From NCBI RefSeq assembly GCF_006345805.1, contig NC_043008.1, positions 20,026,001 to 20,090,000 of the forward strand: 64,000 nt of DNA, in the 5' to 3' direction. The notes under the pieces are model-generated. The model made no database searches. It saw only the letters and a program-made list of their open reading frames with translations, and was not told the DNA's origin. This stretch comes from Octopus sinensis. Taxonomy: Eukaryota. This document shows, in pieces, positions 1 to 11,632 of this stretch (the first letter of the stretch is position 1; each line of letters begins with the position of its first letter). The translations under genes were made by a program, and so were the position numbers.

Positions 1-32
<32 letters not shown>

Positions 33-36
33 AATC

Positions 37-312
37 ATTAGAGAGTTACCACTATGTGGATAGCTCAATCTATTTATTCGTTATGTTTCACTTTCCTTCC
101 GTTAAATGTAATGTTATTTCTACTTGGAAACATCTTTTCTGTGGCTATACTAACGGAGCTATTTTTAGCACTAGAGCTATCCACATAGTGGTAACTCTCT
201 AATAATTTATGTATAAATTCGTATTATCTCCCTAGTTTTTTTGGCTAAGCCACTTGGTGTTAAATTAATGGTATTATAAAAATTAATATCAATTTTTCAC
301 CCTCATTTATAA
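37..312. mobile_element. Short interspersed repeat (second copy at ~59812-60055) with a 30-bp inverted duplication at its left end
   Basis: 66-312 aligns closely by eye to 59812-60055. 37-66 (attagagagttaccactatgtggatagctc) is the exact reverse complement of 174-203. Both copies end in caatttttcaccctcatttata followed by (TA)n. Confidence 0.8.
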
Positions 313-315
313 ATT

Positions 316-371
316 TATATATATATATATATATAAATCTATACACACATATATATGCATGTATGTATGGG

Positions 372-452
<81 letters not shown>
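316..452. repeat. Compound (TA)n/(TG)n microsatellite
   Basis: Directly visible dinucleotide tracts; source of the YI/HT/CV pseudo-ORFs. Confidence 0.97.
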
Positions 453-455
<3 letters not shown>

Positions 456-495
456 ACGTATGTTTGTATGTACATATACACATATACACAAACAA

Positions 496-625
496 GCACG
501 GATTTGCAGTTGTTTACGTCTACCAAATTCTCCCACTAAGCTTTAGTCAGCCCACGGCCATAGTCGAAGACACCATCCCAAACCGGCGCAAAGTGGGACT
601 GAACAGAAATCCACGCGGTTGCAAA
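496..625 (-). mobile_element. Decayed SINE family A head fragment
   Basis: gctttagtcagcccacggccatagtcgaagacacc... resembles gctttggtcggcccgaggctatagtagaagacac of the intact family A copies. Confidence 0.55.
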
Positions 626-1789
626 CCGATCTTATAAAAACATGCAGACATCATTGCAACTTATTGATTAAAATTTTTGTGTGAATTTCCATGTAAAATT
701 CTTGAGCTGTTTATTACTGTTTGTCGAAGCCATGTTTCTTTCGTGCAGTACAATAATAGTAGTAATCAGCGTATATTTTTCTGGGGCTTGTGTTAGGGAA
801 ATTATTACCACTTATATAAATTATAGTGTAGAATGTGGCTCCATAGTATTTAAACTGTAACTGCCAATTTTACTCATAAATACTATAAGTTGAAATTCAC
901 CTCGATCCCTAATGATAGCGTAGAATATGTCGCTTTACTTTTTTACTTTTAAGTACTATGAGTTCAACTTTACCTGCGGTGCTAAATAAATGTTAGTAAA
1001 ACTTTTAAAATATAATTTGGAACAGAATTTACTGGAATCTACCGTTTTACCTAGTAAAAGTATGGATGCATTGCATAGATTTTGTAGGAGTCGAGACCAT
1101 GAACACTGTAATTTTTTTTAATATGACAATACTTGTTTCTATCCAACTACCGCGAGACCTTCTATTTACTGAGACCTGTCTTTTACCGATTAGCCAATCA
1201 GACATTAACACAATAGACCACGCAACAATTTCCTTGTCATATATTTCTTTGCGTACTTGTGTAAAAAACTTCGGAGATATCACTGACATTTTCATGAACG
1301 CCGAGTAGCTGAGTTAGAGTATTTATGGTTTAGGCTTTGACTAAATCCATTATTCTAGTTACAGGCGGAATCTATTGATATGATGCACACTTGCTGTAAA
1401 CCATTCCCACTTGCTGTAAACCATTCAAGTGTTTCTATTGTTGAAATGACAGAATCAAAATGGAGGAACGGTTAGTATGTGGCGTTAGCATTATGCCTCA
1501 TAATATTAACGATTAAAACACTCCACCTAAAAGATTGCTGCCATTAAAACGACAAGAACAAGAACAAAAAACAACAACAACAATAATAATAATGACAGCA
1601 ACAATAATCTGGTGTCTTGGAAGGGTCATTAAACCAATATCAATAACATTGGTGTAAGAAGCCACTCAAGACAATTTGACTTGTTTCAACGAGCGAATTC
1701 ACATCAACGATCATGCAACGCAAATACAGAAACGAAATAATTATAATCCTCTCTCCTCTACGCCAAAAAAGCCTGGTTTGGGCGCCAAA

Positions 1790-1905
1790 TGTGGAGGATA
1801 ATTCAGTTACATCGACCTCAGTCTCTGACTGATAAAATGTCGGCTACTGTGGAATTTGAACTCAGAACCTGAAGGTGTACGAACACCGTTTGACATTTTG
1901 TACGA
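1790..1905 (-). mobile_element. Decayed SINE family B fragment
   Basis: ggaatttgaactcagaac (reverse B-box) and acatcgacctcagt motifs shared with family B copies. Confidence 0.55.
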
Positions 1906-1927
1906 CAAGCAAACATTTCCCTCGGCT

Positions 1928-1969
1928 CATCGTTTTACTACTACTACTACTGCTGCTACTACTACTACA

Positions 1970-2011
<42 letters not shown>

Positions 2012-2236
2012 GTTGCTGCTACTTCTACTACTACTACTACTACAACGACTACTGTTGCTGCTACTACTACTACTACTACTACTAATACTACTACTAATAC
2101 TAATACTAATACTACTACTACTACTACTACTAATGTTGCTGCTACTACTACTACTACTACTACTACTACGACTACTACTACTACTACTACGACTACTACT
2201 ACTACCACTACTACTATTAATAATAATAATAATAAT
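1928..2236. repeat. Imperfect (CTA)n/(TAA)n trinucleotide microsatellite
   Basis: Directly visible; gives the poly-T/S/L/V pseudo-ORFs. Confidence 0.97.
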
Positions 2237-2339
2237 TGCGCCGATGTAATACCAGGCACTGGCTCTCATCGGTTCTTTATTATGCTTGTTTTATCTTCGT
2301 CTAAAATATGAGCTACAACAAAAATTCTGCTCAATACAC

Positions 2340-2560
2340 ATACTTTCTTGTCATTTGTTTGACCATAACCAGTTGAGCATGTCCCTTAGTGGCTGATGAT
2401 ATGTGCATCTCTGATCTCGACCAGACGTAGTGGGGGAGTATCATAGCCATGTGTTGAGAGAAATTCTTTTTGGTTTGAATAATTCACCTCTGGAAACATG
2501 GGTGTTTTATTCATCATCTTTAAACAAGCCTTATTTAGTGACCTCTTGAGCGGGATGCAG
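2340..2560. mobile_element. Unclassified interspersed repeat (family E), inverted relative to the copy at ~43110-43240
   Basis: gaccataaccagttgagcatgtccc...gtgcatctctgatc...gggggagtatcatagc is approximately the reverse complement of ctatgatgctcccc...gagatgcacata...gacatgcttaagttgttatggtc at 43140-43225. Confidence 0.65.
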
Positions 2561-3353
2561 ACCAATTTAATTGTATACACACACAAAGACACACATATAT
2601 ACATACACACATATATATATATATATACATGTATATTTACATATACATGTATATATATATATATATACATGTATATATATATACATATATATATTTATAT
2701 TTATATATATATATATATTTACATATACACATATGTGTATACGTATATGTAATATTGATACATGCCTATAATTGTGTGGATGTTCATATCTATTTGTGTT
2801 GATGTATACTCATCGTATGATCAAACACGGGAATACGCACACACACACAAGCATACACACACACACACACACACGCACGCATGTGTATATAATACATACT
2901 TAAATACCTACATATAAGCATAAAAGTATTATAATAGCTGTCGAAAAACAATTTACTGTGTAATAAAAATTTCTTCCAATATAAATTATAAATGAATTTT
3001 CTTTGCAATAAGACCATTTTGTCAAATGTTTTTAAAACTATAATAATGCCGCTCATACGAACATCTGCATAGACTATAGATTATATATTATCCTTAGATA
3101 ATTAGTAAGTTTGTTAACGATATATATTTATTGAGTCTAATGAGATGCTACATATCCTGATAAGATGTTAGATGGCATGATACTTTGATTTGATAATTTC
3201 CGGTTAATTTAATCGTTATTATTCATTAACCACCCAAATTATAGCAATTAAGTTGTATATAACTTTCGTATAACTGTGATAAGTATATAGTATATCTCCT
3301 ATGATAATTAATTTTGCTGGCGTCAGATCTATAATAATCAAAATGCACTAGAT

Positions 3354-3397
<44 letters not shown>

Positions 3398-3709
3398 GTG
3401 TATGTGTGTGACCATATATAATGAACACAGTATATATTTGTAGGAGTTACTAATAGTTTTATCTGAAGAAAACGATAAAGACAGCATTTTATAGCACGTC
3501 CAATGATTTCAGGCTATCAGTTGTCTATACTCACATGATAAACATAAACTAAAACGGAAGGATAGAAAAAAAGAAAAGGCGGGGGAAGAAAGGTAGGTGT
3601 AGAAGAAGGTAGGTGTAAAAAGTTGAAGGGTAAAGACATCAAAAAACGAAAGGAAGGAAGGAAAAGAAAAGAGGTGAGAATAAGATTTATGCTCATAAAG
3701 TCATGATAA

Positions 3710-4370
3710 GCCACAATCGACATGTAGTGGGTTGTATTTTCCAATTCATCAACAGAAACTTATCCATAGGCTTACATCACCCCTAAGCTCTTATCTGTAA
3801 TTCAGATAATTAAAAAAGATTTGCGACCTTTCAGCTACGCATGCTTTGTACTTTTTTGATCCGTTCGTATATGGTATACATGTTTCAACTCTTTTCCACT
3901 TTATTGCATGTGGTATGGCGTTAAATTTCAAACGCAATTACAGGCAAACCAACTTAGTAGCATTACCTTTGCTTCTTTGCCAGAAGAAAGGTATGTGGTT
4001 ACCCTAGCGATTTTTGATGTCTCCTTTCCATAACCACTTGCAACTCTTTTTTCGGTTATGTCATCATCTAGGGTTGCTTTACCGTCTTTCTCATATATGA
4101 AGGATTTAATTACAACTGGTTGTAGGCTGTTGGTGGTGCTTGCATGTAATGATGCTCTTCATATTGGTACAGCAGTTATACGATAATTTAATTGAACGCT
4201 TGTTCAATATTTTCTGCACATGTGATTTACTGGGAAATGTTAATCTAAGAGAAACAGGAATCTTTTACCAATATTTGTGCAAAAGAAGAGATTGTACCAC
4301 CTTGTTCTCCTAGGTCTATTCTGCGTTCTATTTTTATTCGTATTATTACTAGAAGGGCTTAAAAATAATT
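3710..4370 (-). pseudogene. Penelope-like retroelement remnant (RT-EN linker and GIY-YIG region), a different lineage from the 52-56 kb element
   Basis: Minus-strand translation with stops/frameshifts gives WYNLFFCTNIGKRFLFLLD*HFP and KSHVQKILNKRSIKLSYNCCTNMKSII. These match the recalled WFNPPF..N....IG..FL.LIDKHFP..H.L.KIFN.N..K.SYSCM.N...II motif of PLE proteins. Confidence 0.65.
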
Positions 4371-4391
4371 TATCTTTGAAGCTACTGGGCG

Positions 4392-4470
<79 letters not shown>

Positions 4471-4471
4471 T

Positions 4472-4783
4472 GGAGGCGCAATGGTCCTGTGGTTAGGGCA
4501 GCGGACTCGCGGTCGTAGGATCGCGGTTTCGATTCCCAGACCGGGCGTTGTGAGTGTTTATTGAGCGAAAACACCTAAAACTCTACGAGACTCCGGCAGG
4601 GTGATGGTGGCGATCCCTTCTGTACTCTTTCGCCACAACTTTCTCTCACTCTTTCTACTGTTGGCCTGCTCGCTTAGCCAGCGGGGTGGCGTCATTTGAA
4701 GGTTAAAATAATGCGAAGCGCATTGTGACCAGTGATGTGTAACAGCATTCGATAGCCTGGTCGGTCACGGTGATCACGGTGAT
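4472..4783 (+). mobile_element. tRNA-derived SINE family C, full length
   Basis: tRNA-like head (ggcgcaatggtcctgtggttagggcagcggactcgcgg...gtttcgattccc) with A/B boxes; homologous copy at 47015-47314 on the minus strand. Confidence 0.9.
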
Positions 4784-5052
4784 ATATATATATATATATA
4801 TATATCCATCCGTCTGAATGTATGTCTGCTAGTCTTCCTTTTCTGCCTGTCTGTGTGTCTACGTGTCTGTCTATTTATCTATATCCATTTTTGTTTGATC
4901 CATGATAAACATGTCGCGACTATATCTCTGGTTTGTATTACTTGGTGCAAGCTACCGTAACACTCTCTGTTAATTTCATATTACACATACGATTGTTAAT
5001 GAACGATAGAGAGAAACTCCTCGTATTTTCAAGTACGTACTTCGCACAATTA

Positions 5053-5082
5053 TCTATCTATATATCTATCTATCTATCTATC

Positions 5083-5173
<91 letters not shown>

Positions 5174-5175
5174 GT
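5053..5175. repeat. (TATC)n/(TA)n microsatellite
   Basis: Directly visible. Confidence 0.95.
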
Positions 5176-5181
5176 AGTATA

Positions 5182-5346
5182 GGGGTAGGAGTGGCTGTGT
5201 GGTAAGTAGCTTGCTAACAAGGCACATGGTTCCAGATTCAGTCCCAATGCGTGACACCTTGAGCAAGTGTTTTCTAATATAGCCTCGGGTCACCCAAAGC
5301 CTTGTGAGTAGATTTGGTAGACGGGAACTGAAAGAAGCCGTTGTAT

Positions 5347-5400
<54 letters not shown>

Positions 5401-5651
5401 TATATATATGTATATAAATATATATATGTATGAATGTGTGTAAATGCTTGTGTGTCTGTGTTTGTCCCCCCCCCCAACATCGCTTGACAATCAATCCTGG
5501 TGTGTTTACGTCCCCGTAACTTAGCCATTCGGTAAAAGAGACCAATAGAAGAAGTACTAGACTTACAAAGTCTTTGCTCAACTAAAAGCGGTGCTTCAGC
5601 ATGGCCACAGTTACATAACTGAAACAAGTAAAAGAGTAAAAGAGAGTAAAG
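5182..5651 (+). mobile_element. tRNA-derived SINE family A, full length, with internal (TA)n/(TG)n tract
   Basis: Head gtaggagtggctgtgtggtaag (A box) and ttcagtccc (B-box-like); tail gaaacaagtaaaagagtaaaagag; many homologous copies in the window. Confidence 0.92.
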
Positions 5652-6049
5652 TGTATATTTCAATGAATGTATGTATGTATGTATATATGTATGTATATAT
5701 GTGTGTATGCATATATATATATATAATATATATATATACATGCATACATATATATTCATACATATATACATACATACGCCTGCGCTTGTATGCTTCTATG
5801 TATAGTTATGCATATGTAAAATTTTAGTTTTAATCAGCTGCACATTCTATCAAATTAACACGTTGTTTTCATTTGCCACTTTTGACATCAAGAGTAGATT
5901 GAGTTTCAACAATTTCTTCTTCAATACACATAGGCGTTTTTATTTTTTCTATCACGTTAGAAAACTACTTAAAGCTAACACTTTCTAAGGCAGATCTATT
6001 CGAGGTGTCATGACTGCACTTAGGGCAGCTCAATAAATAAATATGTGAA

Positions 6050-6073
6050 TATCTTATATATGATATATATATA

Positions 6074-6124
<51 letters not shown>

Positions 6125-6157
6125 ATATATACATACATATATATATATATAATATAT

Positions 6158-6225
<68 letters not shown>

Positions 6226-6226
6226 C

Positions 6227-6267
<41 letters not shown>

Positions 6268-6403
6268 ACATCCTTTCTGATGACGATTAGGAGGAAAATG
6301 ATAATGGCGATTCGCAATGTTGATAATGATGATTGCGAGTATATGATGACCATATACATACATGCATATATATATATACATATATATACACACAAAGGTA
6401 GAC

Positions 6404-6440
<37 letters not shown>

Positions 6441-6500
6441 CATATATATATATATATGTGTGTGTGTGTATACATACATACAAATATGTGTATATGTATA
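6050..6500. repeat. Long compound (TA)n/(GA)n/(TG)n microsatellite block
   Basis: Directly visible. Confidence 0.95.
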
Positions 6501-6749
6501 GACAATATTATATATATGCATATGCATTAGAAATAGATGAATTAGCACGCAAGGCACATAGTGTCACCTTAGAATATATAGGTTATAATCCAAACAAAAC
6601 TGCAAAGATTTTAGAGAAATTTAGTGCTTTAAATGTAATGCAAAAAATCCCTTACAGCTGTTTCAAAAATACGTGTGCATATGGTATATAGGACATTGAG
6701 CAAAGATTTCCATACATATATACATACATCAACATGTCGAATAGAGAGA

Positions 6750-8660
6750 TTTTGGTTGAGAGGACCAGTCATTCCTCTCCGAAAATGAATACTATCTCCC
6801 ATAATCTTTGCCACCAGTGCATCCCTGGCAAAAGAAATGGGCATTTTCTTTGAGTAAATACAAAAGTCAAACAAACTTCTTTTGAAAAGATTGTCACCGT
6901 AACCAAACATGAAAATACATAGCACGTGGAAAAATCACTATATGGTCACCTGCGGAAGGAAAGAACCTGGTATCATTTACCACAGATCGCGGAACTATCG
7001 AGATAAATTCCAGTGGAAATATCAACTGAAACAAGACCGTTATCAGTGCTATAAAAATGCGTGGAAAGATCCCCCGATAGGCTACATGAAAGGTCTTTAA
7101 AAATATTGGGATAAGAAATTCCCGTTATTCTCAATATTTTCAGCAAAACAATTACCATAGCAACTTCCATCTCTCGAAAAGAAATATGTTAGCTTACCAA
7201 ATAAAATCATTTTTTCATAAATGATAATTCTCTTGTTAGTAATAAAGTAAACGCTTTATGCGAAGAGACTGCGAACAACAAAGAGCACGACCACGAAGAA
7301 CGCAATAACAAACCGACACCACTACGCAGATATGTGGCAACCGCTTATGATTGAACGATAAGAACCGATATCAAAATCTCAGCATGCATCGAAGTTCAAA
7401 TAGAACATCACTACTTATGTGCATAAGGCATTGCGTGAGAGAACAATATCGATACGATTGGTCAAAACCCCACCGACCTGATGCTTTCTGTGTTCGACGA
7501 AATTGCGAGATCGGAAGTAGTTCAAATTCAAACTCTCAAAGTTTGGACAACAAATGTGCTTCTTTGTGCGGCAGTAATTGTGCACGTACACATGGGAGAA
7601 ATGGATACCTGTACAAAGGATAGCACACAGACAAACATGGATTACTTTCTTCCAAAATAACATGAACAGTATCAGGGAAAAGATAGGACAGTTGGACTCT
7701 GTCATTAAATTCAGTGCTAGAAACGTGGTTAGGAACCACCAGTTACCACTGCATGATGAATTCTCCAGACTGCATAGGAAATGCCGCCAGAAAACATTCA
7801 CAAGCTAACTTATCAACATCAAACACGATCTAAATAGAAGCTTGGAAGAGAAGCAGGCATCGTACCAACAAAAAGTATTGCATGGTTACATATGCCATAG
7901 GAACAGATTTGGCAGTAAGAGTAAGCCTCTTCTGGCCCTGTATTAAATAACTTACATTCCACCTCCAATGATATGCCTTTAATGTCTAGGTACGGGAGAT
8001 AGCTGCAAAATACCTGATAAACAAGAGGAACAAAGACACTACCAACCTCCACGTTGTGATATACCAGTGTGAGACATGACGTTAATATCATCAAAATGTC
8101 TATGGGATACTACCTGCCACTGAGGCATGAAATAGTTGCAAAGATTATTTACAACACTGTCGACAAGAAGGAATGTCCGCAAGAAGGAATGTTCTCAACA
8201 CGGAATATACATCAAAGGCATGTCAGAACCAGCTGGTATGTCACACCTTTGAAAACAAGGAATACTAATGGAACACTCCAATAAAAGATCAATTCTGTGC
8301 AAACATAACAGACCAGATATTATTTTGTGAGATATGGAACAAGAACCATGCACTGTGGTAGGGGTCAGCTACCTAGCGGATGTGAATGCACAATCAAAAT
8401 CTAGGAAGACGAGGATATTTATGATGAATTAATGCGGAAACTACAACTGATGTACCCGGATTATGAATTCCCATTTGTATCTATCAACAGAAGTACGTTA
8501 TTTTATGTGCGAACAAATATGCACAAATGCCTAGGAATACTCGGTGTCAAGGAAAAAAGTGCAAAAGAAACTGCCGCGTATTCCCCAAATTCATTATTCT
8601 ATTAGTGGCACAATAAAGATTTGTAAGACATCGCAGAAACTCTCTGAGATTCTTATGTGA
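6750..8660 (+). pseudogene. Decayed non-LTR retrotransposon with a restriction-like endonuclease (R4/NeSL-type); RT domain apparently mostly missing
   Basis: N-terminal WKDPPIGYMKGL*KYWDKKFP (~7063-7125); EIAAKYLINKR and YYLPLRHEIVAKIIYN (post-CCHC RH motif); RLE motif CKHNRPDIIL*DMEQEPCTVVGVSYLAD (8298-8385); terminal SGTIKICKT. Confidence 0.65.
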
Positions 8661-8856
8661 ATAAATGCATACATTTGGGTACGTGTATTGACAATACAGC
8701 TAACACAGCACATCAACCACGTATTTACTCACACTGGGAACTCTCTTAACTCAAAATGATTATCGATTTGTTAGCGACAGCCTTGAACTCTCTAAAGAGG
8801 TACTTAAATAAAAATTACACACACACATACGTGCACACTCACATCTATATGTATTA

Positions 8857-9320
8857 TCTCTGTATATAAAAGGCAAGATGTGTGTGTGTGTACGTGAATG
8901 TAATTTATGCATGTCCACAAATTAGCACGCATGTCGCTTCAATTTTAGGAGGACATTCGTCATGAGGCTAGCTGTATTTTCGTCAACTTATTTTTCCAAG
9001 AGGCACCAGTGAATAGCAGTAAAGATGGATTTTCAATGAAAACTTTTAACAATTTTCAAGTCGGACAAATCACCATTACTTGCAAACAGGAGTTAAGTCC
9101 CTTTCTAGCGACGAGTAAATTTTTATTAAGATTTTTGTTGTTTGTTTTTCATCGAGGAAAAAGTGTTTTGTTGATATACGGGCAACACACACACAAACCA
9201 ATTTCAACGGATTTCGCCCAATTTTGACGTCGATGTTACTTAGGTGTGGTTTGAAATAAAGAACTTGATTAACTGAATAACCCCAACTTAATCCCACGCG
9301 AAACCGGGTTATACTGCTAG
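8857..9320 (+). mobile_element. Probable non-autonomous Helitron
   Basis: Begins A|TCTCTGTATATAAAAGG and ends ...cgcgaaaccgggttatactgCTAG|T. It has 5' TC and 3' CTAG termini, an A/T insertion site, a GC-rich subterminal motif and a short internal (TG)n. Confidence 0.6.
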
Positions 9321-9346
9321 TATGTATATATATATATATATATAGC

Positions 9347-9723
9347 GACGTAATTTTGCCATTTCAATATGGCTAACCCCTAAGGGTGGATGCTACTGTA
9401 GTTTTTAGCCCCAGGAGGACACACTCCTCCAGCTGGCCATAGACACACTATCTGTGTCCTGTCAGTATTTGCAAAGGGAAGTCATCCTTCCCGTCTTCAA
9501 CTTATGATACACAAGGAACTCGAGTTTCGAGGTATTGACCTCTCGTCAGCGTGTGACAATCATAATTGTCGCCGAGAATTAGATTTCCTTCACAAATACT
9601 TATACTTTTTCCAGCGTCCACTGTCGCTGATATTGAAAAAGTGAAATCAAACAATGATAAATATTAAAGTGAGTTATATACAGTAGCGGTAACACATCGT
9701 GACGTATTTTTGCCATTTCAATA
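9347..9723. repeat. 377-bp segment bounded by 23-bp direct repeats, between (TA)n tracts
   Basis: gacgtaattttgccatttcaata (9347-9369) and gacgtatttttgccatttcaata (9701-9723), one mismatch. Confidence 0.7.
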
Positions 9724-9759
9724 AATATATATACATATAAATGTATACGTATAAATATA

Positions 9760-9771
9760 TATGTATACATT

Positions 9772-9837
<66 letters not shown>

Positions 9838-9864
9838 ATATTTATATTTATATATATATATATA

Positions 9865-9910
<46 letters not shown>
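9760..9910. repeat. (TA)n microsatellite
   Basis: Directly visible. Confidence 0.95.
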
Positions 9911-9913
<3 letters not shown>

Positions 9914-10541
9914 CATGTAAGTGTATGTTTCTGGTTATATTTGCATATCGATTTTTGCATACGGAGATACCATAGACCTAGCTAAAGATATCATATCTAT
10001 GTAAACAAATAAGGTTCACCCGATCAGACATTAGTCTTGTGTCCGTGATCCTGATCGTAATCTTCATTGCTTCTAGATTATTTAGACTGGATCGAGTTCC
10101 CTCTTGGAGTTTATGAGAATGAAAGTAGCTGCAGGACAGTAAATAGAAATTAATTTCTCATCTTGAGTTTGAGGGTGTCATATCCACAATCTAGATGGAT
10201 TATTCATCCTACATAAGTTTAAGCACATATTTATTTACTCAGATATAGGCAAAAGGGAGATTAATTCTAAGATTGTAAACACGGTCGCAGCATTTGCACA
10301 GTTAATAAAATACCCAATTAAAATATCTAAGGATCTGGGACATAATTCTTGGTGTTACTATTAATATAATTGTGGGCAGTCACCCTGACCTTTTAATACG
10401 TAAACATATACAAATACAAACGATATCATTTGCAAAATGGCCCACCCTCTGTCTGTCTGTCCCCCTCCCTCTCTCTCCCAGTCCCTCCACACACAGACTC
10501 ATTTAAATCCAATGCTATTTGGCCACTTGACGCAAAATATA

Positions 10542-10701
10542 GGCGCAGGAGTGGCTGTGTGGTAAGTAGCTTGCTTACTAACCACATGGTTCTGGGTTCA
10601 GTCCCACTGCGTGGCACTTTGGGCAAGTGTCTTCTTCTATAGCCTCGGGCCGACCAAAGCCTTGGTAGACGGAAACTGAAAGAAGCCCGTCGTATATATG
10701 T

Positions 10702-10773
<72 letters not shown>

Positions 10774-10983
10774 GATTTGTGTGTCTGTGTTTGTCCCCCC
10801 CAGTATCGCATGACAACCGATGCTGGCGTGTTTACGTCCCCGTAACGCAGCGGTTCGGCAAAAGAAGGCGATAGAATAAGTACTAGGCTTATAAACAATA
10901 AGTCCTGGGATCGATTTGCTTGACTAAAGGCGGTGATCCAGTATGGCCGCAGTCAAATGACTGAAACAAGTAAAAGAGTAAAA
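10542..10983 (+). mobile_element. SINE family A, full length
   Basis: ggcgcaggagtggctgtgtggtaag head, internal (TA)(TG) tract, gaaacaagtaaaagagtaaaa tail. Confidence 0.93.
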
Positions 10984-11207
10984 TAATGTATTCGTTATTC
11001 ACTCCTGAATCAAATTTATAAAGATCGTGGTATTTTCTATCTACGCTGCACAAATAAACCAATACTTCTGTTCGTATATATGGTACTCTTGTTATGTATA
11101 GAACAGCGTTTAATTGTCCTGGATACACTGTGACTTTATATATTTACAAAACCTCCCAAAAAGTTAACTATAGCTGGACTGTCTTGCCACGTCTCGCTTG
11201 TTCGTAT

Positions 11208-11632
11208 ATTGATTTCAAATTTTGGCACAAGACCAGGAATTTTGGGAGAAGGAGCTAGTCGATTATATTGACTACAGTGTTTCTTACTTTATTGACCCTC
11301 GAAAGGATGAAAGGCAAAGTCGACCTCGGTGGAATTTAAACTCAGAACTTAACGGCAGACGAAATTTTGCTAAACACTTCTCCAGCGTGCGAACAATTGT
11401 TATTTCTTTACTGCCCACAAGGGGTTACACACAGAGGGGACGAACAAGGACAGGCAAACGGATTAAGTCGATTATATCGACCCCAGTGCGTAACTGGTAC
11501 TTATTTAATCGATCCCGAAAGGATGAAAGGCAAAGTCGACCAAGGCGGAATTCAGAACTCAGAACGTAACGGCAGATGAAATACCGCTAAACACTTCTCC
11601 CGTCGTACTAACGAAACTGCCAGCTCGCAACC
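11208..11632 (-). mobile_element. SINE family B head-to-tail dimer (B1-tailed monomer followed by a 5'-truncated B2-tailed monomer)
   Basis: Two copies of aaggatgaaaggcaaagtcgacc...gaatt...aactcagaac; head ctgccagctcgc on the plus strand at ~11617-11628. Confidence 0.88.

Noticed and set aside
4472-4545. tRNA-like sequences at SINE heads (also 5182, 10542, 18277, 47240-47314)
   Set aside because: They have A/B boxes but no complete cloverleaf, and they continue into multicopy SINE bodies, so they are not tRNA genes.
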